Source of the DNA: Methanobacteriota archaeon
Lineage (GTDB): Archaea > Hydrothermarchaeota > Hydrothermarchaeia > Hydrothermarchaeales > JACRDW01
Assembly: GCA_043820925.1 (NCBI GenBank)
Contig: JBDRDL010000039.1
Location: 1-32,345 of the forward strand
DNA: 32,345 nt
Direction: 5' to 3'
The notes under the pieces: model-generated
Told to the model about the DNA's origin: nothing
The model's database searches: none
The model's input: only the letters and a program-made list of their open reading frames with translations
In this document: piece after piece, positions 16,969 through 25,201 of the stretch
Layout of the letters: each line of letters opens with the position of its first letter
Position numbering within the stretch: the first letter of the stretch is position 1
Made by a program: the position numbers and the translations under genes

Positions 16969-17182
16969 TCCTCAGCATTCGTCGCATTCGCTTCGAAGAA
17001 GCGAGATTTCGAGAGAAAGATGGCAAACACGCCATCTTCCTATCGGAATGGCACGAGTGACGCTCATACTTTCGTTCATTCTGAACGAGTGCCGAGACCC
17101 AAGTATTTGCACTACACCAGTGGTGTAGTGCGAAATGATAGCCAGCCTTTCAGAAGGCTGGTCCGAATCCTCTCCGGGCTAT
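16947..17182. mobile_element. Multi-hairpin mini-element bounded by duplicated tRNA 3' end (att-like)
   Basis: GGT(T/C)CGAATCCTCTCCGGGCTAT at 16947-16969 and 17160-17182; five stem-loops in between. Confidence 0.7.
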
Positions 17183-17231
17183 AACCCTTTCTTTCTCCAA
17201 AAAGATAAACCTTGAAAGGGGTGTCTATAGC

Positions 17232-17483
17232 GTGGAGAAAGACAAGAGAATGCTCGTGCTTTGATGGAGAAAAATTTTCAAACTTGGAAGTAAAATGGTA
17301 GACTTCGTGGAGGGGGTTTTTGTTACTCCGGAGTATTTCGGCTCAAGCAGCTACAAAGAAGCTGCTGAAAAATTGATAGAAGTTACACAAGAAGTATGTA
17401 AAAGGCATCGAAGTTAAAAGGGGAATAATTAAAGAGCTGACGATTCTGCCAGTTTCCGGGCTCTGGAGCATATCAAGATGTAG
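17232..17483 (+). pseudogene. Decayed ORF, weakly IS200/TnpA(Y1)-like
   Basis: GGGGTG RBS + GTG; internal TGA and frameshift; VFVT..Y...AEKLIEVTQEVCKRH/GIEV resembles TnpA N-terminus; no HUH motif seen. Confidence 0.25.
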
Positions 17484-17501
17484 TGAGCAGGTTAAAATAC
17501 A

Positions 17502-19508
17502 CTATATTTTAGCTTCGCTTTTCAAAATTATCTCACCGATTTTGCCATCCTCTTCGTCTCGCTTGAAATTCTGGACTCCTATGCTGACTCTGATCAAGAA
17601 CCCAACAAACAAAGCTACCAGGAATATTCCATATGCCAAAAAACTCCTGTAAATAGAGGCTTTCTCTCTGGCTGTTGTAGAAATAATATCACTAACCAAA
17701 TCCGCATCGCTAGACTCTCCAGCCTTCCCGTATAAAATTTCGGCGTCTTGATATTTTTTAATAGAGATATCATATTTGCCCATCACAAAATCAAAAGCCA
17801 GCGGATTTAAAATAAAATACGAATCGCCTATATGCAGCATTTTTTTCCTTGCATTCTCCAATTCTTCTTCAGCTCCGTTTTTAGTATCTATGGCAGCACT
17901 TACAGCGCTTGCATAGAGGTTCTCCATCTCTTTTTGTCTCTTAAAGTATTCCTCTGATTTTTCGGAATTGCCGAGCAATGCGTATATCGCGCTCATCCGC
18001 TTGTAGTACAGGGAGGTGAACTTATAGTTCGAATCCTTGCTTTCTGATGCCTTTCCGTCGAGGAGAAGGAGAGCATTTTGAGCAGCGGAATTCCATATTT
18101 TTTCAGCCGATGCTACGCTTGCGTTCGAGCATGCTCTTAAGTCCTTGTCTTCTAAGTTTTCATTGCCGATCTTCATTCTGTTCAAAGATGTCCTAGCTTT
18201 AATCACGGCATCTCCAACCCGATGAATTTTACCCTCGCTCTGGCTCTGTATTGCCTCTTCGATATTGGTTATAAAGGTGCGAGTTCCTGTATATACCGAC
18301 ATTGCCATTGCAATTGTCCTGGTCTCTGCCACGCCCTTCAGCTTCTCCAGGAGAATGCTGGTGTTTCCGATAAGATAGCGTGACTCTGCGTAGCCTCCAA
18401 TTTGACCCTTGCCCTGCAGGTAAGTTAGAGCTTCTTCAATGCCCGGGAAGTAAACCATAACCTTTGCTGCCACTTCCCTAGAGCCTGCATGCCAAGTACT
18501 CAGCCCGAATACCCACTTTTTCTCTCCAATCGTGGCGTCTTGAGGCAGGTAAATCATGAAGCTGTAATTCTTTGAACTTCCCGGAGGTATGTAGTCGTCC
18601 TTTGAATAGGATATCCATCCCTCCTCTCCAGACTTGAGAGCAATAGCAAATCCCTCGATAGGAGTATAATTGCCGGTTTCCCTTACTATCAAAATTTTTT
18701 CTGAGGTATCCTTTCCGGGCTCAAATGTTATCTTGCCGAGGTCTAAAGAAGCTTCGCTCAAAAGCATTTCAGGTACTGGAACGATATATGTAGCTGGGGG
18801 GGCATTCACAGAAATAGCGCTGCTTGAGCTGAGCAGAGGAGTTATATTATATGTATCTGGTCTTAAGTTGCGCTCTGGTATTGCAACTGTTACATTCATG
18901 CTCTTGCTGCCGAAAGTTGAAATACTGCCCAGGATTCCTGAATAGTTTATATTCGCCGGACCAAAGCCGCTCAGCAGCACAGAAACATCACCTGCAGACC
19001 TGTATCCCATCACCTCGGAAACATTCAGCACTCGAATAAACATCGACCCGGCCCTCACCTTTCCCCAGTCCCGGTCCCATACGGCATTGAGTGTTGCGTT
19101 TGGATACACTACCTTAAGTACGATACTTTTGGAAAGGGAATATGCGTTTGTACCTGAAATCGTTAAAGTTCCGGTGTAGCTGCTCTCGCCCATCGTTGCA
19201 GGTACTGTAAAAGTTATGGAAATGTTTGTCGAGCCATATGCATCAAGTGTCGCAGACGTACTTCCAAGAGAGACATTAACCCCGCTTATCCCCAGAGATG
19301 CTGTGAGACCGGATACGTGGGCAGTTGCGTTTTCCCGGTTGGATAGCAGCACAGCATCGGTTGTGCTGAAAGATGCTGCAGTTCCCTTCGGCTTGTCAAA
19401 GAATATGGTAACGGTTGTATTCTGGAAATCAATAGAAGCCGCTGCATGCACACCGGGCACTATTAAAATTGCAATCACCAAGGCAATCAAACTATATCTC
19501 ACTTTCAC
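17502..19508 (-). CDS. Exported surface protein: signal peptide, ~3 beta-sandwich/Ig-like domains, helical (TPR-like) region, C-terminal TM anchor
   Basis: MKVRYSLIALVIAILIVPGVHA signal; S/T-rich beta region with many NxS/T sequons; helical half; TM FLAYGIFLVALFVGFLI. Confidence 0.8.
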   Translation of the reverse strand: MKVRYSLIALVIAILIVPGVHAAASIDFQNTTVTIFFDKPKGTAASFSTTDAVLLSNRENATAHVSGLTASLGISGVNVSLGSTSATLDAYGSTNISITFTVPATMGESSYTGTLTISGTNAYSLSKSIVLKVVYPNATLNAVWDRDWGKVRAGSMFIRVLNVSEVMGYRSAGDVSVLLSGFGPANINYSGILGSISTFGSKSMNVTVAIPERNLRPDTYNITPLLSSSSAISVNAPPATYIVPVPEMLLSEASLDLGKITFEPGKDTSEKILIVRETGNYTPIEGFAIALKSGEEGWISYSKDDYIPPGSSKNYSFMIYLPQDATIGEKKWVFGLSTWHAGSREVAAKVMVYFPGIEEALTYLQGKGQIGGYAESRYLIGNTSILLEKLKGVAETRTIAMAMSVYTGTRTFITNIEEAIQSQSEGKIHRVGDAVIKARTSLNRMKIGNENLEDKDLRACSNASVASAEKIWNSAAQNALLLLDGKASESKDSNYKFTSLYYKRMSAIYALLGNSEKSEEYFKRQKEMENLYASAVSAAIDTKNGAEEELENARKKMLHIGDSYFILNPLAFDFVMGKYDISIKKYQDAEILYGKAGESSDADLVSDIISTTAREKASIYRSFLAYGIFLVALFVGFLIRVSIGVQNFKRDEEDGKIGEIILKSEAKI

Positions 19509-20460
19509 TCACCCGTATAAGTTCATTTCCTAGGTAGTAGTCGTAGCTATCGCTGCTCCACGCCATCAGACGATTCAGCAGGAAAAGGGACATGGTTATC
19601 AGCAGTGCTATTATTGCGATGAAATACAGGCCAAGTTTATAAGTCAGGGAAAGTGCTGTCTTTGCAACCTCTAAAATTCTCTTATTAGTTTCCTGGATTT
19701 TTCCTGTTTCGTGATGATGCTCGTAATAAACCAATGCTTGCTCAAAATGTCTTATAGAGTTTTCGCACAGAAGATATGCATTGATTCTGGAAGGAATGCT
19801 GAGCGATTTGTTCAGCGCAGCTGCATATTCCGATTCTGCAATTAAAAACAAAGCATCAGCAGCCCGCATGTCTTCTTTGTATTTCTCTTCCAGATTATTC
19901 CACTTTATTCTAACATTTGCAGCCTGTATGCTCTCGCCCGCAGCCTCGTAAGCCAGGGTGGCGTATCTATAGCGAGAAATCTTTTCCCTGGTTTTAACTA
20001 CGTCCTCTGCTTCTCTGGCGTTGGTTTCTGCCCGGGTAATCAAAAAATCATTGATAGCTTGGTTTGCAGATTCTATTATATCCTCGGCTGCTGCGCCCAG
20101 AGCTTTGCTTTCTCTCAGTTTCTTTGCAGTTTCCTTTAGTTTGTAAGATAAATCCAGTGCCTTGATTCGCTCTTCTATATCATTGGATTTAGATAATTTA
20201 TAGGCTGCATCGAAATCGAAGATAAATTTTTTTGTAGCTTCTGCAAAATTTATCACCTCTTTGCTGCAAGCGCCTCTTTCCCTCCCATACAGTATCAGCA
20301 GCATGCTCTGCTTCACGTCATTTAGCTCGGAATACTCGTTGAAAGCTGGGGACTGGTATACCCTAATCTCCTTGGCAAGCACGCCGCAATTCTGGGCACT
20401 TGCCGCAGGTAGTACTGCCAAAGCAAGTACGAGCGAAAGCAGTGCGACTCTGAGACTCAT
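19492..20460 (-). CDS. Exported helical (TPR-like) protein with signal peptide and C-terminal TM anchor
   Basis: MSLRVALLSLVLALAVLPAASA signal after GGTGGT RBS; Ala/Glu/Tyr helical repeats; TM LGLYFIAIIALLITMSLFLL. Confidence 0.8.
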   Translation of the reverse strand: MSLRVALLSLVLALAVLPAASAQNCGVLAKEIRVYQSPAFNEYSELNDVKQSMLLILYGRERGACSKEVINFAEATKKFIFDFDAAYKLSKSNDIEERIKALDLSYKLKETAKKLRESKALGAAAEDIIESANQAINDFLITRAETNAREAEDVVKTREKISRYRYATLAYEAAGESIQAANVRIKWNNLEEKYKEDMRAADALFLIAESEYAAALNKSLSIPSRINAYLLCENSIRHFEQALVYYEHHHETGKIQETNKRILEVAKTALSLTYKLGLYFIAIIALLITMSLFLLNRLMAWSSDSYDYYLGNELIRVSESEI

Positions 20461-20478
20461 GTTTTTTGATACCACCAT

Positions 20479-20495
20479 AAAATATATGTACTTTT
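20479..20495. promoter_or_regulatory. Probable shared divergent promoter (TATA-like)
   Basis: AAAATATATGTACTTTT in the 53-bp gap between divergent ATGs 20460 and 20514. Confidence 0.45.
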
Positions 20496-20513
20496 GTGTC
20501 GTTCTGTTATTTA

Positions 20514-21719
20514 ATGCCGTATACATTCATAGGAGTAGGACAGTGCGGAGGAGGCATAGTAGACGCAGCCTTCTATGACAAAAGCATGTTCAGGGTAGCT
20601 GTTCCCATCGCAATCAACTCTGCCACGATGGACTTACAGACCATGAAGAATATAAGCAGGGAATACTGGATTGGAATGTCCAGAGACCGAGGATTCATCG
20701 ACGGTACAATACCCGGCTTCGAGCACTTCGTTGTAGGAGGATACGGCAAGAACAGGGCGAAAGCAGAGCAAGACGCTAAAGAGCATGAGAGTGTAATTAG
20801 AGATATGATAATAGAGAGAGCGAGAGTGAAAGGAGCGGAGGGAGAGGGCATTGGTATTGCAGTCGCTTTTATAGTTTTTGGGCTTGGCGGCGGCACAGGG
20901 AGCGGTGTAGGGCCGGTGATAGCTAAGGTTCTGAAGGAGATGAAGATTCCTATTATTGCGGTAGTTGTACTGCCGGCAAGCCATGAAGGCGGCTTAACAG
21001 CTAAAAATGCGGTGGAGAGCTTGAATAGATTAACCGAACATGCGGATTCCATAATTCTGGTAGATAACCAGAAGCTTGCATACGCAGAGAGCACAGAAGC
21101 ACTGTATCAGAGGTATAACGAATACGTTGCAAGGAGCTTGAGAGACATTGTAGTAGGTACTGCTCTAGAAAGCGTTAATCCGGCTGACTTCGAAGGCTAT
21201 GCGCCTGTGATAGACCTGAAGGATATGATAACCGCAACTTCGTTCAGGCGGGGCGAAAAGCAGCGCCCGGGTTTTGCCTGCCTGGGAAGGGCAAGCGAGA
21301 AATCGAGAGACCTGCTCCACTATATTCTTCCTGTTAGGGGATACAAGGAGATAGATGTAATCAGCCTGCTCTATCGAGCATTCATGAAGCTCTCACTTGA
21401 AGATGTCAGAGTCGAGGATGCTGAGAAAAATCTTGTGCTGCTTAGACTTCCGCCCGCCTATCTAACCAAGGCAGGGAAGATAAACACGAGCATGGCCAAG
21501 AGAGTCATGGAGGAGCGCACCAGACTGGGAGAGACGCATTTCGGAGTTGCGCTCACCAAGAGAAACCTCGCAACCGCAGTGGTGCTTCTGACCTACCGTC
21601 CAAATCAGCTTTCAAGACTTCGCACTCTGAGCCAGCTTGCAGGTCAGTACGAGGATGTATCGCTGCGGGTGCTCGAGGAGTATGAGAAGGACTTCGTAAC
21701 TGGTGTAGCGAATGAATGA
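20514..21719 (+). CDS. Tubulin/FtsZ-superfamily GTPase A (CetZ-like/non-canonical)
   Basis: IGVGQCGG (T1), AINSA, GGYGKN (T3), GLGGGTGSG (T4), LVDN, VIDLKD (T7). Confidence 0.92.
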   Translation: MPYTFIGVGQCGGGIVDAAFYDKSMFRVAVPIAINSATMDLQTMKNISREYWIGMSRDRGFIDGTIPGFEHFVVGGYGKNRAKAEQDAKEHESVIRDMIIERARVKGAEGEGIGIAVAFIVFGLGGGTGSGVGPVIAKVLKEMKIPIIAVVVLPASHEGGLTAKNAVESLNRLTEHADSIILVDNQKLAYAESTEALYQRYNEYVARSLRDIVVGTALESVNPADFEGYAPVIDLKDMITATSFRRGEKQRPGFACLGRASEKSRDLLHYILPVRGYKEIDVISLLYRAFMKLSLEDVRVEDAEKNLVLLRLPPAYLTKAGKINTSMAKRVMEERTRLGETHFGVALTKRNLATAVVLLTYRPNQLSRLRTLSQLAGQYEDVSLRVLEEYEKDFVTGVANE

Positions 21720-23103
21720 ATACAAGCTTACCGCAATCGCTATATGGATTATTCTGGGCCTGGGATTTGTATTTCTTATATATTTTGGAGTAGCTCAAGT
21801 AACCTACTTTGGAATATCTATAATTCTGCTTTCGCTGGCCGGAAGCGTTGTATACGCATGGTGGAAAACGCAGAGCGACAAAACCATAGAGAAGCTCAAG
21901 GCTGAAATACTCCTAAAAATTAAGAAAGACTACACCGATGCCCAGAAGCTTATCGCTGAAGCTGGAGAGATGGCGAGCATAGATAGCGTCAGGCGGGATT
22001 TGGAGTCGCTGCGCAGCAATCTAATAAAGCTGAAATTATACGACGCTGATTTCAACACGGCAGAAGAAGCGGCAAAATATACCCTAACTGTAATCGAGCA
22101 GGAGAGTAGGAGAGTTGAGCAGAGACTGCGAAGTTTGGAAGCTCTGGCGGCTATAGAGGTAAAACCCAAGCTGGATGGATATATTCAGGAGCTCAGACTA
22201 AAACTGGATAAATTGGGAAAAGCAGGATATGAAATCGGGGAGGAAGTCAAGAGCTTCGAAACCATCGAAGCTCAGGAGAGCAAGACCCTAAGAGAACTGC
22301 TGGAAAAGAAGGAAAAATTGACCGAGAAGTTTGTTTCGATACTCAACGATTGCGCCGCAGAGGCAAGCGGAATTCTGGCAACAAGCCAGAGATACGGCAT
22401 AGTTAAAACCGTGGAGCATGCGCTTCTAAAAATTAAAATAGAGGATTTCGACGGTTCTGCTGCTATTCTCGCGGATGCGAGAAATAGACTGAAAGATTTC
22501 CTGAAGGACTTCTTTGCTGTAGAGCGAAACGAGTTTTCTGCATCTGTTGAAGGCGTATACAAATTGTTGGACAGCGAGCAGGTAGCGCCTGAAAAAATGA
22601 AGGAGATTGAAGACCTCAGAAGCAGGGTTTTATCGATGGGCGACCCAGGAACCATAGGAGAACTTCAAGAATTGAAGATTCGATTCAAAAACATCACAGC
22701 AGGTATAGTTGCTGAGCTGCATGAGAAACTTCGTTTTCTAGAAGCAGAGATAAAGGCTTATGCGCCGAGCAGAGAAATGTGGACTTCTGACGAGCTCGCC
22801 GAGCCCCTCGCGAGGAGAGTAAACGCAGAGGACGAGGTAAAGGTATTTACCAGGCATGCAACCAATGCCCTGGAGCACGTAACCAAGCAGCTCGCCAAGG
22901 ATACCGCATTCATCAAAATACTCAAAAACTATGATAAGGTGGAGCAGATAATCTCGAAAAAGCTGGAAGAGAGGGGAAAATTATCTGCCTCTGCTCTCAA
23001 CGTAAAATATCCAGAAAAATTTCTGATACTCTACAGCAAACGACATCCAGATACTGAATATACTGAGAGCACTGCCACGCTCAAAATGAAGGCAAGGGCA
23101 TGA
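21712..23103 (+). CDS. Membrane-anchored long coiled-coil/helical protein
   Basis: Two N-terminal TM helices then ~400 aa E/K/L-rich heptads; overlaps both GTPase genes. Confidence 0.85.
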   Translation: MNEYKLTAIAIWIILGLGFVFLIYFGVAQVTYFGISIILLSLAGSVVYAWWKTQSDKTIEKLKAEILLKIKKDYTDAQKLIAEAGEMASIDSVRRDLESLRSNLIKLKLYDADFNTAEEAAKYTLTVIEQESRRVEQRLRSLEALAAIEVKPKLDGYIQELRLKLDKLGKAGYEIGEEVKSFETIEAQESKTLRELLEKKEKLTEKFVSILNDCAAEASGILATSQRYGIVKTVEHALLKIKIEDFDGSAAILADARNRLKDFLKDFFAVERNEFSASVEGVYKLLDSEQVAPEKMKEIEDLRSRVLSMGDPGTIGELQELKIRFKNITAGIVAELHEKLRFLEAEIKAYAPSREMWTSDELAEPLARRVNAEDEVKVFTRHATNALEHVTKQLAKDTAFIKILKNYDKVEQIISKKLEERGKLSASALNVKYPEKFLILYSKRHPDTEYTESTATLKMKARA

Positions 23104-24437
23104 ACGAAAGAACAAAATGGGGCATAATCGCAGCAGGAGAAGGTGCGAACAGAATTTCCTTCCAGTACTACTCGCAGTTCAGGAATCCAGCAATCGAGGA
23201 TAGAGTTCTCCTTCTGAACACTACAGCAGCTGACGTTAAACTCGATAAAACCTTCGAGTTTATAATTTCGAAAGATGCAAGTTTGCAGCAGGTTTATGAG
23301 GAAATAAAACGGGGCAGGATATGCATTTTTGGCAAATCTCCTTCAGGCGCAGGAAATAACTGGAAGCTTGGAGAAAACGAAGCTGTGGAGGACTTCGACT
23401 CTATAATGAGGTATATAACAGCTTTGAAATTAGCAGAGCGGGATGTAATTCTGGGAGTAACCACTCTGGGAGGCGGCACGGGCAACGGCTCCCTTCCGTA
23501 CATCATTCACAGGCTGAAGTATGGAGAAGAGCTTGCATACAGAAGGGAAATAAGCTACCTTGCCCTGGGAATAATTCCCTATGATTTTGAGGCGCCGCAG
23601 AGATACTTCAACACGATATGCGGTTTAACAAGATTGCTCAAGTACGGCGAGGATGCGAAGCAAAATGCGGACATGCTGCTCCTCGTGGACAACAGCCAAG
23701 TGGAGAGAATGCTGAAAGCCGGGACATCTATCGGAGAGGAGAGGTACTACCAGATAAATCAGGAGATAATAAAAGCAGTCAACATGCTTATCGCTCCAAG
23801 CAGCCCCGGAGCAAAGTCCACAATAGACGTTGCAGATTATTATCAGCTGCCGAGCAACATAGGCGTATATCACTTCACCCCTTGCATGAGCCTTGGTAAT
23901 GATCCCGAGATTTTTGAAATGGAAACTGCGCTTGAGATGGCTGCGAGCAATCCAATGGCTCCGCTTGACTTAAAAACTGCGATAATGGCATATATAGTGG
24001 CTCTCGTTCCGCAGAAGTACGTTGACAATGGTAAATTTTCCCAGGAAGACCTCGAGGCAAAGGCTCATGAATGGGCTGTAAAGAACATCGCCGGGAAGTG
24101 GGGGGGAATACTGAGATATGCAAGTCTGGTTTCGTCCAAGGAGCAGGAAACTCTTGACGTGATGATACTTCTCGGCGGCTTCAGCCTTGACAAAATCCTC
24201 GCAAAGAGCCTGCAGAAGTATTACGACTTCATAGACATTCTCAGAGTAGACAAAGGTGAAGTTGAGCTAAAGGACGAAAGCGGCCTGAGAATCACTGTAA
24301 AGGACATAGAGACCATCGAGACAAGACTCAAAGAGTACATCACACTCACGCAGGAAAAAATAGAAAAAACGCAGGAAGTAAAAACAGACCTCGTGGAAAA
24401 GCTGGAGGAGTGGGGATTTGGAAAGAGCAGGAAATAA
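23100..24437 (+). CDS. Tubulin/FtsZ-superfamily GTPase B with tubulin-like motifs
   Basis: AAGEGA (T1), LLNTT, SGAGNNW (T3), TLGGGTGNG (T4), LVDN, IDVAD (T7), YHF, NPMAPLD; C-terminal coiled helix. Confidence 0.9.
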   Translation: MNERTKWGIIAAGEGANRISFQYYSQFRNPAIEDRVLLLNTTAADVKLDKTFEFIISKDASLQQVYEEIKRGRICIFGKSPSGAGNNWKLGENEAVEDFDSIMRYITALKLAERDVILGVTTLGGGTGNGSLPYIIHRLKYGEELAYRREISYLALGIIPYDFEAPQRYFNTICGLTRLLKYGEDAKQNADMLLLVDNSQVERMLKAGTSIGEERYYQINQEIIKAVNMLIAPSSPGAKSTIDVADYYQLPSNIGVYHFTPCMSLGNDPEIFEMETALEMAASNPMAPLDLKTAIMAYIVALVPQKYVDNGKFSQEDLEAKAHEWAVKNIAGKWGGILRYASLVSSKEQETLDVMILLGGFSLDKILAKSLQKYYDFIDILRVDKGEVELKDESGLRITVKDIETIETRLKEYITLTQEKIEKTQEVKTDLVEKLEEWGFGKSRK

Positions 24438-24755
24438 CTAGCGACATCCGCCGCAGGAAGGTCCGCAATTACTTGCATGCGCATTTGGATTGTTTATTAC
24501 GAAACCAGCACTCTCTATATAATCGATTTCTGCCCCGCTCAGGAGAGCATCCATATTTTCGTCTAGGAATACCCTCACGCCGTTGCTCTCAGTTACCTTA
24601 TCTTCGCCCGTTGCTTTTTCTTCCAGGACTAATCCATACTGGGGACCGCTGCACCCAAATCCGGCCATGAATATTCTAAGACCACAGCCTTTCTTGTTTT
24701 CTTTCTCCAGAATGTTTCTAAGCTCTGCTGCAGCTTTTTCAGTTACAATTACCAT
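24438..24755 (-). CDS. iscA: A-type Fe-S cluster carrier (IscA/HesB family)
   Basis: GLRI...GCSGPQYGL, GAEIDY, GFVINNPN...CG. Confidence 0.88.
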   Translation of the reverse strand: MVIVTEKAAAELRNILEKENKKGCGLRIFMAGFGCSGPQYGLVLEEKATGEDKVTESNGVRVFLDENMDALLSGAEIDYIESAGFVINNPNAHASNCGPSCGGCR

Positions 24756-24789
24756 CTTTTAACACCCTTGAATAACCCAAACCCGATGT

Positions 24790-25194
24790 TTATCGTCGCA
24801 AATGATTTTGGAATTTTTTGTGCTCCTTCATTATACACTTATCCACCACAACAAGCAGCCCGTGCTTTCTTGCTTCCCTCGCAGCTTCCTCGTTTTTTAT
24901 TCCTTCTTGCATCCAAACTGCCTTTGCTTTTTTTGCTATGGCTTCTTTAACTATTTGCAGAACTTCATTCGAAGGTCTGAAGATATTTACTACGTCTATG
25001 CTTTCCTGCACCTCGCTCAAACTCTTGCAGCACCTCTCGCACAGGATTTCTTCTGCTGTCGGATTGACAGGTATTATTTTGTACCCTTTCTCTTTCATGT
25101 ATTTCGGAACGTAATGCGAGGGCTTACTCTGGTCTTTTGATAGTCCAATGACTGCAATTTTCTTCATTTTAAGTATATCTTCTATCTCGCTCAT
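24790..25194 (-). CDS. CoA-binding protein (YccU-like)
   Basis: IAVIGLS, IIPVNP, DVVNIFRP, AVWMQEG. Confidence 0.92.
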   Translation of the reverse strand: MSEIEDILKMKKIAVIGLSKDQSKPSHYVPKYMKEKGYKIIPVNPTAEEILCERCCKSLSEVQESIDVVNIFRPSNEVLQIVKEAIAKKAKAVWMQEGIKNEEAAREARKHGLLVVVDKCIMKEHKKFQNHLRR

Positions 25195-25201
25195 ACCTTG
25201 C

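Noticed and set aside
17262..17264. In-frame TGA as selenocysteine
   Set aside because: The ORF also has a frameshift and no redox motif context; decay is the simpler explanation
20514..24437. Calling the GTPases ftsZ or cetZ
   Set aside because: They lack the FtsZ GAGxxPxxG and NxDxAD motifs and the CetZ GxGxD-type T3 loop as I recall them; orthology cannot be assigned without a tree
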